Assembly (NCBI GenBank): GCA_018402365.1 | Contig: JAGYJD010000006.1 | Location: 3,689-67,688, forward strand | Direction of reading: 5' to 3' | From: Candidatus Nanopelagicales bacterium | Lineage (GTDB): Bacteria; Actinomycetota; Actinomycetes; S36-B12; UBA5976 | Length of the DNA: 64,000 nt | Part shown: piece by piece, positions 20,326-29,068 of the stretch | Position numbering within the stretch: the stretch's first letter is position 1 | Layout of the letters: every line of letters begins with the position of its first letter | Made by a program: the position numbers and the translations under genes | The notes under the pieces: model-generated | What the model was told of the DNA's origin: nothing | The model's database searches: none | Seen by the model: the letters and a program-made list of their open reading frames with translations, nothing else

Positions 20326-21021
20326 ATGAAAAAACCTGTTATCGGAATCTCTTGCTACGTAGAGCCAGCCCAGTGGGGTGCGTGGAATATTGAAGCAGCA
20401 GTTCTGCCTTTTGCTTATGTGGCAAGCGTTACGCAGGCAGGTGCGAGAGCGGTAATTATTCCGCCAGATGTAGATGGCGCTGAAGTTGTAGAAAATTTAG
20501 ATGCTTTGATAATTGCAGGTGGCGCTGATGTAAATGCCGCGCTTTATCAAGAGACTGCACACGAAACCGCCGATCAGCCCAGAGTTGCGCGCGACAGCAG
20601 TGAAATTGCTTTATATAAAAAAGCTCTTGAATTAAACAAACCGTTTTTAGGAATCTGTCGGGGAATGCAAATCATGGCAGTGGCCAGCGGTGGCAGTTTG
20701 ATTCAACATTTACCTGATGTTTCTGCATTAAGTCATCGCCCAGCACCGGCACAATTCGTTGAGCACGGCGCCCGATTCGAAGCTGGGTCTTTAGTCGAAA
20801 AATTGTTAGGTAAAGAAATGATTGTTAATTCATCACACCATCAAGCAGTAAAAACCTCGGGAACTTTAAAGATAACTGGTTGGGCAGAAGATGACACGAT
20901 TGAAGTACTAGAAAACCCCGACCACAAATTTGTAATCGGGGTGCAGTGGCATCCTGAGATGCATCACGACAAGCGTTTGTTCGAAGCGCTTGTTAAAGCG
21001 GCGTTACATACGCCCCGGTAA
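20326..21021 (+). CDS. class I glutamine amidotransferase-like gamma-glutamyl hydrolase (peptidase C26, PuuD-like)
   Basis: Nucleophile elbow GICRGMQIM, then HHQAV and GVQWHPE, which is the GATase-1/C26 triad context. Confidence 0.75.
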   Translation: MKKPVIGISCYVEPAQWGAWNIEAAVLPFAYVASVTQAGARAVIIPPDVDGAEVVENLDALIIAGGADVNAALYQETAHETADQPRVARDSSEIALYKKALELNKPFLGICRGMQIMAVASGGSLIQHLPDVSALSHRPAPAQFVEHGARFEAGSLVEKLLGKEMIVNSSHHQAVKTSGTLKITGWAEDDTIEVLENPDHKFVIGVQWHPEMHHDKRLFEALVKAALHTPR

Positions 21022-21760
21022 TACCACCGTCAACTAAAAAGTTGGCAGCGGTGATAAACGAAGAATCATCACTAGCCAAAAATGCAACCGCTGCTGCTAA
21101 TTCTTCCGCTTCACCAAAGCGTCCCATCGGGATATGCACTAAACGTCTTTGTGCACGTTCTGGATCTTTAGCAAATAATTCTTGCAAAAGTGGGGTGTTA
21201 ACGGGCCCTGGACTTAGCGCATTAACGCGAATTCCCTCACGAGCAAACTGCACACCTAATTCACGAGTCATCGCTAAGACGCCACCTTTTGAAGCAGTAT
21301 AAGAAATTTGACTGGTGGCAGCCGCTAAAGTCGCTACGAATGAAGCGGTGTTAATGATTGAGCCCTTACCTTGTTTTTGCATATAAGGAATAACTGCTTT
21401 GCAGCAAAGATAAACGCTGGTTAGGTTTACCAGTTGAACTTTGTCCCAAGCCTCTAACTCAGTAATTAGAATCGAATCATCTTCTGGTGGTGAGATGCCC
21501 GCATTGTTAAATGCGATATCAATTGATCCAAATTTTTCATAAACTTCTTTAAACATCCCATCAACGCTTTGCTTATCCGTTACGTTGCACTTAATGAAGT
21601 GACCCTTAACTTCATCGGCAACTTTTCTGCCGTTTACTTCATCTAAATCGGCAATTACAACTTTGGCGCCTTCTTGCGCAAAGCGAATCGCAGTCGCTCT
21701 GCCGATGCCACTTCCTCCACCGGTAATAGTTGCGATGCGGTCTTTTAGTCTTTCCACCAT
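20993..21760 (-). CDS. short-chain dehydrogenase/reductase (SDR)
   Basis: TGGGSGIGRA cofactor motif and the YTASKGG (YxxxK) catalytic motif. Confidence 0.85.
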   Translation of the reverse strand: MVERLKDRIATITGGGSGIGRATAIRFAQEGAKVVIADLDEVNGRKVADEVKGHFIKCNVTDKQSVDGMFKEVYEKFGSIDIAFNNAGISPPEDDSILITELEAWDKVQLVNLTSVYLCCKAVIPYMQKQGKGSIINTASFVATLAAATSQISYTASKGGVLAMTRELGVQFAREGIRVNALSPGPVNTPLLQELFAKDPERAQRRLVHIPMGRFGEAEELAAAVAFLASDDSSFITAANFLVDGGITGAYVTPL

Positions 21761-21769
21761 ATTCCTTTC

Positions 21770-23131
21770 TTAAATATCGGTGTTAAAAAATACATTCTTT
21801 TCTTCGGTAAACGCGTGCAGCGCATCCGGACCCAATTCGCGACCCAAGCCAGACTTTTTAAATCCGCCAAATGGTGTCCAGTAGCGCACTGAAGAATGAG
21901 AGTTCACTGACAAGTTTCCACTCTCAATCCCGCGAGCAACTCTAAAGGCTCGAGCAGAATTATTAGTCCAGATGGACCCACTCAAACCATATTCTGAAGC
22001 ATTCGCCAACTCAATTGCGTCTGCTTCATCCTTAAAGGTGGTGACGGCTACTACTGGGCCAAAGATTTCTTCACTTAGCGCACGGTGTTTGCGATCGGTG
22101 ATTGCCAATACCGTGGGTGGTATCCAAAAACCTGTTCCGGTGGGTGCAGTACCACGAAATGCCACTAATGATTCATCAATATAACTTTCTACACTCTTTT
22201 TATGAGCTGCGGTTATCAGCGGGCCCATTTCAGTGGAATCAAGTGTTGGATCTGCTACTTTTACATTTTTTACCGCAACTTCAAATTGCTCCATGAATTT
22301 TTCATAAATACTCTCTTGCACCAAGATGCGACTGCGAGCACAACAATCTTGACCAGCGTTATCAAAGACGCCATAAGGTGCGCTGGCGGCAGCTTTAGCT
22401 AAATCTGCATCTTCAAAAATTACGTTAGCTGACTTTCCACCAAGCTCTAGTGTTACCCGCTTAACATTTGGGGCGCACTTAGCCATAATGCTGGTACCAA
22501 CTTCGGTAGAGCCGGTAAAGACAATTTTTGCAACGCGAGGATCTTGCACCAAAGTTTCGCCAACTACTCGTCCCGAGCCAGTTACGACTTGAAATACATC
22601 TTGCGGAATCCCCGCCACTAAAGCTAGTTCAGCTAACTTCATTGCGGTTAAGGGAGTTACTTCTGCTGGTTTCATAACTACGGTGCAGCCGGCTGCTAAG
22701 GCCGGGGCAAAACCCCAACCAGCAATTGGCATCGGAAAGTTCCAAGGCACGATGATTCCCACCACGCCAATGGCTTCACGAAAAGTTATATCCACCCCAT
22801 TGGCAACTGGGATTTGTTTTCCAAAATTTCGCTCGGGGGCGCCGGCGTAATAATTCAAAACATCTCTCACGTTGCCGGCTTCCCAGGTGGCGTTAGAAAT
22901 CGTGTGACCTGAGTTTTCTACTTCTAATTTTGCCAGTAGCGGGATGTTGGCTTCTACTACTTGTGCGAAGCTTCTTAGCAATCTCGCGCGCTCGCCCGGA
23001 GCGACATTGCGCCAAGTTTTAAAGGCTTCAGCACTGCGAGCAATCGCATCTTTAGTGTCTTGCTCACTAGCTGCTGGAACTGTGGCAATAACGGCTTCGG
23101 TGGCTGGATTAATTACTTGATGAGTTGACAC
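21770..23131 (-). CDS. NAD(P)-dependent aldehyde dehydrogenase
   Basis: LELGGKSA and GQDCCARSR (catalytic Glu and Cys motifs), 453 aa. Confidence 0.9.
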   Translation of the reverse strand: MSTHQVINPATEAVIATVPAASEQDTKDAIARSAEAFKTWRNVAPGERARLLRSFAQVVEANIPLLAKLEVENSGHTISNATWEAGNVRDVLNYYAGAPERNFGKQIPVANGVDITFREAIGVVGIIVPWNFPMPIAGWGFAPALAAGCTVVMKPAEVTPLTAMKLAELALVAGIPQDVFQVVTGSGRVVGETLVQDPRVAKIVFTGSTEVGTSIMAKCAPNVKRVTLELGGKSANVIFEDADLAKAAASAPYGVFDNAGQDCCARSRILVQESIYEKFMEQFEVAVKNVKVADPTLDSTEMGPLITAAHKKSVESYIDESLVAFRGTAPTGTGFWIPPTVLAITDRKHRALSEEIFGPVVAVTTFKDEADAIELANASEYGLSGSIWTNNSARAFRVARGIESGNLSVNSHSSVRYWTPFGGFKKSGLGRELGPDALHAFTEEKNVFFNTDI

Positions 23132-23161
23132 TTTTTACCTTGATCTCCTAATTAAATTTTT

Positions 23162-24544
23162 TTACATGCGTTCGAAGGTTCTAATGCGCTCCCAATCAGT
23201 AACAGCGCTATTAAATGCCTTCAATTCAGTGTTTGCCATATTTAGATAATGCGCTTGCACTTCTTCGCCAAAGATTTTTTTGACAAAAGCACTGTTTGCC
23301 CAAAGCTCAGCGGCTGCTGCCAAAGTTTCAGGCACTCTAGCTGCCTCTGATTTATAAGCATTTCCGGTGAAAGCCGGCTCTAACTCCAACTTCTCTTCCA
23401 TTCCAGCTATTCCGGCGGCGATCATGGCAGCTTCGGCTAAGTAAGGGTTCACATCCCCACCGGGTACTCGGTTTTCAAAACGCAAAGATTCACCGTGTCC
23501 TACCAAGCGCAAAGCGCAAGTTCTATTATCTGGCCCCCACTTAAGTGCAGTTGGAGCAAATGACCCTTCTATGTATCTTTTGTAAGAATTAATATTTGGT
23601 GCAAAAAATAATGTTAACTCTTGCATATATTTAAGCTGCCCAGCAATAAATGATTTTGCTAACGGGCTCATTCCATATTGATCGCTATCGTCTGCCATCA
23701 CTGCTTTGCCAGATTTATCTCGTACTGAAAGATGGATATGACAAGAATTACCTTCGCGTTCGTTGAATTTAGCCATGAAAGTTAAGGCGTAACCCATTTC
23801 AGAAGCGATTTCTTTTGCGCCAAGTTTATAAATAACGTGTCGATCAGCCGAGGTGAGAGCATCTGAATATCTAAAAGCGATTTCATGCTGACCTAAATTG
23901 CACTCCCCTTTGGCGCTTTCAACTTCCAAGCCAGCCCCCGCCATGCCTAAGCGAATTGCTCTTAACAATCCTTCAACTCGACTGGTACCTAAAAGTGAAT
24001 AATCGATGTTGTATTGGTTTGCTGGGATTAGATCTTTATAGCCCTTTTCCCAAGCCATCTCGTAAGTGTCATTAAAAACAATAAACTCAAGTTCGGTTCC
24101 GGTATAAGGAACCAAGTTATGTTCAGCTAGTCGGGCAATTTGCTTTTTTAAAATTTGGCGAGGTGACGCCACCACATCTGATTCGTCCAGCCAAAGGGAA
24201 TCTGCGATCACCAAGGCGGTTCCATCTAACCAAGGGATTTTACACAAAGTATCCCAATCGGGTTTCATCATAAAATCGCTGTAACCGCGATCCCATGAAC
24301 TCATGTCATAACCTGGAACAGTATTCATATCTACATCTACGGCCATTAAATAATTGCAACCTTCAGTTGCGTGGGTTGCTACTTCTTTGAGAAAGAAATC
24401 ACCATGAACACGCTTTCCTTGTAAGCGTCCTTGCATATCTACTATGCCAACTAAAACTGTATCAATTTTTTTGGACTTTATATCTGCCGCTAAATCTGAA
24501 AATTTATATGGTGCTTTATCTGTTTGCTTAATTTGTGAATTCAC
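23162..24544 (-). CDS. glutamine synthetase-family gamma-glutamyl-amine ligase (GlnA3/GlnA4/PuuA-like)
   Basis: 460-aa GS type I fold with an N-terminal beta-grasp and a catalytic domain containing NSCHIHLSV. It is clustered with an ALDH, an SDR and a C26 hydrolase rather than with nitrogen-regulation genes. Confidence 0.75.
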   Translation of the reverse strand: MNSQIKQTDKAPYKFSDLAADIKSKKIDTVLVGIVDMQGRLQGKRVHGDFFLKEVATHATEGCNYLMAVDVDMNTVPGYDMSSWDRGYSDFMMKPDWDTLCKIPWLDGTALVIADSLWLDESDVVASPRQILKKQIARLAEHNLVPYTGTELEFIVFNDTYEMAWEKGYKDLIPANQYNIDYSLLGTSRVEGLLRAIRLGMAGAGLEVESAKGECNLGQHEIAFRYSDALTSADRHVIYKLGAKEIASEMGYALTFMAKFNEREGNSCHIHLSVRDKSGKAVMADDSDQYGMSPLAKSFIAGQLKYMQELTLFFAPNINSYKRYIEGSFAPTALKWGPDNRTCALRLVGHGESLRFENRVPGGDVNPYLAEAAMIAAGIAGMEEKLELEPAFTGNAYKSEAARVPETLAAAAELWANSAFVKKIFGEEVQAHYLNMANTELKAFNSAVTDWERIRTFERM

Positions 24545-24572
24545 AATCAGCCCCTCTCTAGGGCTGACGCTA

Positions 24573-25454
24573 CTAGTAAGCTATCCGGTTTCGCAGATGA
24601 TTCTCAGAAAATTCTTCTGCCACCCAAGCAGTGTGCTCAATATGGGCAACATGTCCCGTTTCTGCCAGCACTCTCACCTGAGCCATTGGCGCAAAATATG
24701 GAACTTTTTTAGCTGCCCGGGGATGCACCAATTTGTCCTTGCCACCGTACATAAATAAGGAAGGGGCGCTAATACTTTTAACTAAATTCCAAGGGGCTTG
24801 CTCAGAGCGATCAAAAAAGGTTGCTAGTAGTGAACGTAACGTTGCCAACAAACTAGAAAGCTGGTGTGGCTGCATATCCCTTTCTGCTAACTCACGAGTG
24901 ATAGCCTCATGCCAATTTTCTGGAGCGTTTCTGCGATCGGCAAAAGTATTTTGAATTGTGTTACTAGCTCGCTCTGCTGGTGGTAATTCGAAGTATCTTT
25001 GCATTAATTTTTCACCAAATTTTGGAAGAGCACTCAAAACTACTGGAGCAGCACTTAAGTCGGGATAGAGAGTTGGTAACGCCGGTGAAACCAATGTCAT
25101 GCTCTTAACTAGTTTTGGATGGCGAGCAGCAAGTTGTACCGCAATTGCACCGCCTAGGGAGTTTCCTAATAAATGAACACTTTGCCCAGGATAAGTCTTT
25201 TCAATTACTTCAGCCATTATTTCAGCAAAATTTTTCGGGGAATGATCTTGATCGCTCGGTGGTAAAGATTGGCCAAACCCGGGCAAATCAGGCGCCGTCA
25301 TATCTAGTTGATCTGAGATGTGACTCATAAAAGGAAACCAATTGTGTCCCGAAGCACCTAAGCCATGAATCAGGACTGCCGGCTCACCATTTGGCGAGGG
25401 TTGGCGTCGAATTCTGACACTGCCTTTGCCGGTTTTTACCTGTTCGTCAAGCAT
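24573..25454 (-). CDS. alpha/beta-fold hydrolase
   Basis: HGLGASGHNW oxyanion region and the nucleophile elbow GNSLGG. Confidence 0.75.
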   Translation of the reverse strand: MLDEQVKTGKGSVRIRRQPSPNGEPAVLIHGLGASGHNWFPFMSHISDQLDMTAPDLPGFGQSLPPSDQDHSPKNFAEIMAEVIEKTYPGQSVHLLGNSLGGAIAVQLAARHPKLVKSMTLVSPALPTLYPDLSAAPVVLSALPKFGEKLMQRYFELPPAERASNTIQNTFADRRNAPENWHEAITRELAERDMQPHQLSSLLATLRSLLATFFDRSEQAPWNLVKSISAPSLFMYGGKDKLVHPRAAKKVPYFAPMAQVRVLAETGHVAHIEHTAWVAEEFSENHLRNRIAY

Positions 25455-25550
25455 GGTTCAAGATTAAACCCTCGCTGGCAACTCCACAAATGCAGAATCA
25501 AAATCAAGCGTTAGCCTTAGATAATAACTAACAAGAAAGGCTTGGGCCCA

Positions 25551-25772
25551 ATGGAAGTAAGAATTGCCGTACAGCACACAGCGAGAGAAATTGCCTTTGA
25601 AAGCGGACAAACTGCTGAAGAAGTCAGCAAAGCAGTAAATCAAGCCATTAAAGACCAATCGCTTTTAACTTTGACAGATGACAAGGGCCGACAGATTTTA
25701 GTGCCAGGTGATCGTATTGCTTTTATCGAAATTGGTTCTGCAGTTGAGCGTCGCGTTGGTTTTGCTGGCTGA
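25551..25772 (+). CDS. DUF3107-family small actinobacterial protein
   Basis: MEVRIAVQHTAREIAFESGQTAEEV...LTLTDDKGRQILVPGDRIAFIEIG matches my memory of the DUF3107 family. The ATG at 25551 lies 10 nt after GAAAGG. Confidence 0.7.
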   Translation: MEVRIAVQHTAREIAFESGQTAEEVSKAVNQAIKDQSLLTLTDDKGRQILVPGDRIAFIEIGSAVERRVGFAG

Positions 25773-26656
25773 TGCCGGAAATTCAACAACTCTTACTAGA
25801 GCTGCCAGTAGGAGTTGAAAAAATTGAGATTGAGTTAACTACTCACTCTTTAGTTGCGCTCGCCACAAAGGAGCCAGCTAGTAAACTTGAATTAGTTTTG
25901 TGTTTGCCTGGCTTTACTGGCAGTAAAGAAGATTATTTGGCAATTTTGCCACCACTGAGTCAAGCCGGTTACCAAGTTATTTCGATTGATCAGCGCGGAC
26001 AATTTGAATCAAAGTTTGCTAATGACAAAAATTCATTTACTGTTGAAGCACTGGCACAGGATGTGACAGAGATAGCTAAGAAATTTAATAAGCCAATACA
26101 CCTCATCGGGCATTCTATGGGGGGCTTAGTAGCTGCTGGTGCGGTTTTGAGTGAGCCTGAACTATTTTCGTCGCTTACTTTGCTTTGTTCAGGGCCTGGC
26201 GCAATCCCGATAACTCGACAGAGAAACATCAGTGCCATCAGAAAGGGGTTTCCGCAAACTCCACTTTTAGCGGCTTGGAAACTCATAGAAGCAGAAGAAA
26301 AAAGAATTGACCCTAATAAATTTTCTGATGAAGTATGGGCCTTTCGAAAAAAACGCTGGCTTGAAAATAACCCCCAAGCACTGCATGAAATGGCCGTTAT
26401 TTTGCAAGACACTCCTGATTTTTCTGAACCTTTAGCTGAAGTTTTAAAGTTAAACCAAATTGCCTGTTTGGTGTTAACCGGCGAACACGATGATATTTGG
26501 CCCTTAAGTGACCAGCAAAAAATGGCACAGGTTTTCGCCGCAGACTACTTAGTCTTAGCTGATGCTGGTCATTCACCAGCGCGGGAGACTCCCGCTGAAA
26601 CTGCGGCTGCGCTTGTTAATTTTTATGAAAAATTAGTAGAAGAGGTACCGAAATGA
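25772..26656 (+). CDS. alpha/beta-fold hydrolase
   Basis: Nucleophile elbow GHSMGG. Its start overlaps the DUF3107 stop (TGATG). Confidence 0.75.
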   Translation: MPEIQQLLLELPVGVEKIEIELTTHSLVALATKEPASKLELVLCLPGFTGSKEDYLAILPPLSQAGYQVISIDQRGQFESKFANDKNSFTVEALAQDVTEIAKKFNKPIHLIGHSMGGLVAAGAVLSEPELFSSLTLLCSGPGAIPITRQRNISAIRKGFPQTPLLAAWKLIEAEEKRIDPNKFSDEVWAFRKKRWLENNPQALHEMAVILQDTPDFSEPLAEVLKLNQIACLVLTGEHDDIWPLSDQQKMAQVFAADYLVLADAGHSPARETPAETAAALVNFYEKLVEEVPK

Positions 26657-27777
26657 AGCAAGATTTAATCATGACAGCCTTAGCTGAGGTTGAAGATCCT
26701 GAAATCAGAAAGCCAATAACCGAATTGGATATGGTCAAATCAGTCAGCATTGAAAACGAAAATGTTGTGATTGAGATTTTTCTTACCGTTGTCGGCTGTC
26801 CATTAAAGCAAGAAATTGTGAGCCGAATTCAGCAAGCCGTCAGTAAAGTACTGCCTTTAGCGCAAACCCAAGTTGTTTTTGATGTGATGAATGATGAACA
26901 AAGAAAAAAACTTAGAGAAAAACTACGTGGACCTCAAAAAATTAATCCTTTTGCACAAGAAGGTTCTTTAACAAAAGTTTTTGCTATCGCTTCAGGAAAA
27001 GGCGGCGTTGGTAAATCTTCGCTTACCGTGAACTTAGCGGCTGCGATGGCAGCACAAGGATTTTCGGTAGGAATATTGGATGCCGATGTTTATGGACACT
27101 CCATCCCGCGAATCTTAGGTATCGATCACGCCCCCACCATGGTGGAAGGAATGATTATGCCGCCAGCCAAATGGGGAGTAAGAGCAATTTCAATGTTGCC
27201 CTTTAAACCCGGAGGTGTTTCGCAACCGATCGCTTTCAGAGGGCCCATGCTGCACAAAGCCTTAGAGCAATTCTTGACTGATGTTTGGTGGGGTGATTTG
27301 GATTTTCTACTGCTTGACCTACCACCGGGAACAGGCGATGTTGCAATAAGTGTGGCGCAACTGCTACCAAAGGCCGAAATAATTGTCATTACTACTCCGC
27401 AAATCAGCGCTTCAGAAGTAGCGGTGCGAGCCGGAACAATTTCTAGTCAAACGCACCAAACAGTAACTGGAGTTATTGAGAATATGAGTGAAATAACTTG
27501 CACTCATTGCAATCAGCCAATGGAATTATTTGGTTCTGGTGGTGGAGATGCGGTAGTTGAATCTTTGAAAAAAGAATTAGGAAAAGATGTGCCGCTTTTA
27601 GGTAAAGTGCCGTTTGATAACAAACTGCGCGAGGGCGGGGACGCAGGAGAACCTTTGGTTTTATCTGAGCCCGAAGCACCAGCTAGTAAAGCCATAATAG
27701 AAATAGCGATGAATTTAATTAAAAGACCAAAGGGTTTAGCTGGTAAATCTCTAAATCTCTCGCCCGTCTCAAATTAA
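26653..27777 (+). CDS. mrp: Mrp/ApbC-family Fe-S cluster carrier ATPase
   Basis: N-terminal DUF59-like domain, a deviant Walker A motif SGKGGVGKS, and a C-terminal CxxC (CTHCNQ). Confidence 0.9.
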   Translation: MKQDLIMTALAEVEDPEIRKPITELDMVKSVSIENENVVIEIFLTVVGCPLKQEIVSRIQQAVSKVLPLAQTQVVFDVMNDEQRKKLREKLRGPQKINPFAQEGSLTKVFAIASGKGGVGKSSLTVNLAAAMAAQGFSVGILDADVYGHSIPRILGIDHAPTMVEGMIMPPAKWGVRAISMLPFKPGGVSQPIAFRGPMLHKALEQFLTDVWWGDLDFLLLDLPPGTGDVAISVAQLLPKAEIIVITTPQISASEVAVRAGTISSQTHQTVTGVIENMSEITCTHCNQPMELFGSGGGDAVVESLKKELGKDVPLLGKVPFDNKLREGGDAGEPLVLSEPEAPASKAIIEIAMNLIKRPKGLAGKSLNLSPVSN

Positions 27778-28967
27778 CCGTCTTCGCGAGAACCCAGTGT
27801 TACCGTAACCTCTTTTTCAAGTCCACTAACTTCAACCACGAGAAAAGTTACGGTGTCCCCAGGATCATTGCGGCGAATCGCCACAATTAATTCAGTTGAG
27901 TCAGCCACAACTTCACCGTTCATTTTAGTAATCACATCACCTTGCACTAATCCAGAATTTTCGCTGGGACCACCCACCACCACTTCGGCGATGCGAGCTC
28001 CTTCACCTTCGTATGAGGAATCAATACTGATTCCTGCAATAGGGGTACTAGAAGTTCCGGTACTAATTATTTCTTGAATGATTCTTTGCACTTGGCTAAT
28101 TGGAATTGCAAATCCTAAGCCAATGCTGCCGCTAGCCCCGACTCCCAAAGTCGCAATCGCAGAATTGACGCCAACAACTTCTGCTGCCCCGTTAACTAAA
28201 GGGCCACCTGAGTTTCCAGGATTAATTGCCGCATCAGTTTGAATCGCAGAAATATAAGATTGATCCCCCACCCCACCGGCGGTGACTGGGCGATTTAAAG
28301 CTGAAACAATTCCTGAAGTTACCGTGCCACTTAAGCCCAACGGTGAGCCGAAGGCAATTGTGGTATCCCCAACATTTAATTGATCTGAATTACCGATTCT
28401 CATTGGGATTAAGCCACTTCGCTCTATCTTGATAACCGCTAAATCATATGAAGAATTTCTACCAATCAAGGTAGCTGGATAACTACTACGATCAAAAAGA
28501 GTGACTTCGATGTCGCCAGTGGTAACAGCGGTGTCAATTACATGGTTGTTAGTAATAATGTAGCCATCAGAGCTATAAATAAACCCAGATCCAGTTCCAG
28601 CTCCATTGACACCGGTAGCAGAAATGCTAACCACACTTGGTTGTACAACTTGCACAATTGCCGCTACCGAACCTTCTAAGGGTTTAACGGGCGGTAGTGA
28701 AGAATTTCCATTGCTATTGTTCTCAGTGGCTGCGGGTGCCACTGGCGCATTGCTTCTACCTAAGTTATTTAAAGTATCAGCAGCCAACCAACCGCTAACC
28801 CCACCTGCCACAGAGCCAATTAATAGCGACACCACGATTACTGCTGAAAGCGGAGTGTTGCGTTTTGGTTTTTCATTTGAAGCAGAGGTATAAGTAAGTC
28901 CGTATCCAGGGAGCGAAGACTGATAGCGCTCCGGCGGATCAATCGGGTCGAATGGTGATTGCGTCAT
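27774..28967 (-). CDS. htrA: HtrA/DegP-family trypsin-like serine protease with a PDZ domain
   Basis: TNNHV, the active-site region GNSGGPL, and a C-terminal PDZ domain. The ATG at 28967 lies 5 nt after AGGAG, and the longer ORF-track start lacks an SD sequence. Confidence 0.85.
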   Translation of the reverse strand: MTQSPFDPIDPPERYQSSLPGYGLTYTSASNEKPKRNTPLSAVIVVSLLIGSVAGGVSGWLAADTLNNLGRSNAPVAPAATENNSNGNSSLPPVKPLEGSVAAIVQVVQPSVVSISATGVNGAGTGSGFIYSSDGYIITNNHVIDTAVTTGDIEVTLFDRSSYPATLIGRNSSYDLAVIKIERSGLIPMRIGNSDQLNVGDTTIAFGSPLGLSGTVTSGIVSALNRPVTAGGVGDQSYISAIQTDAAINPGNSGGPLVNGAAEVVGVNSAIATLGVGASGSIGLGFAIPISQVQRIIQEIISTGTSSTPIAGISIDSSYEGEGARIAEVVVGGPSENSGLVQGDVITKMNGEVVADSTELIVAIRRNDPGDTVTFLVVEVSGLEKEVTVTLGSREDG

Positions 28968-29068
28968 TTCTGCTCCTAATCTAATCACCATGCTACGGCC
29001 CCGCATCTTAAATAATTCGACGGGTTAAATTAGCCTATAGGCCATAATCGAATGAAGAAGGTAAATTA

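Noticed and set aside
24548-24566. The hairpin CAGCCC-N7-GGGCUG between the hydrolase and the GS-like gene as a terminator.
   Set aside because: It has no U-tract and lies 3 nt before the GTG start of the GS-like gene, overlapping its SD-like GAGAGGGG. At most it is a local translation-modulating structure, and I cannot support that from the sequence alone.
25990-26412. Long antisense ORFs inside intact genes (25990-26412, 36361-36789, 45537-45899, 60079-60552 and 61086-61589).
   Set aside because: Each lies fully within a gene with clear family motifs on the other strand, and their translations are low-complexity. They are treated as shadow ORFs.
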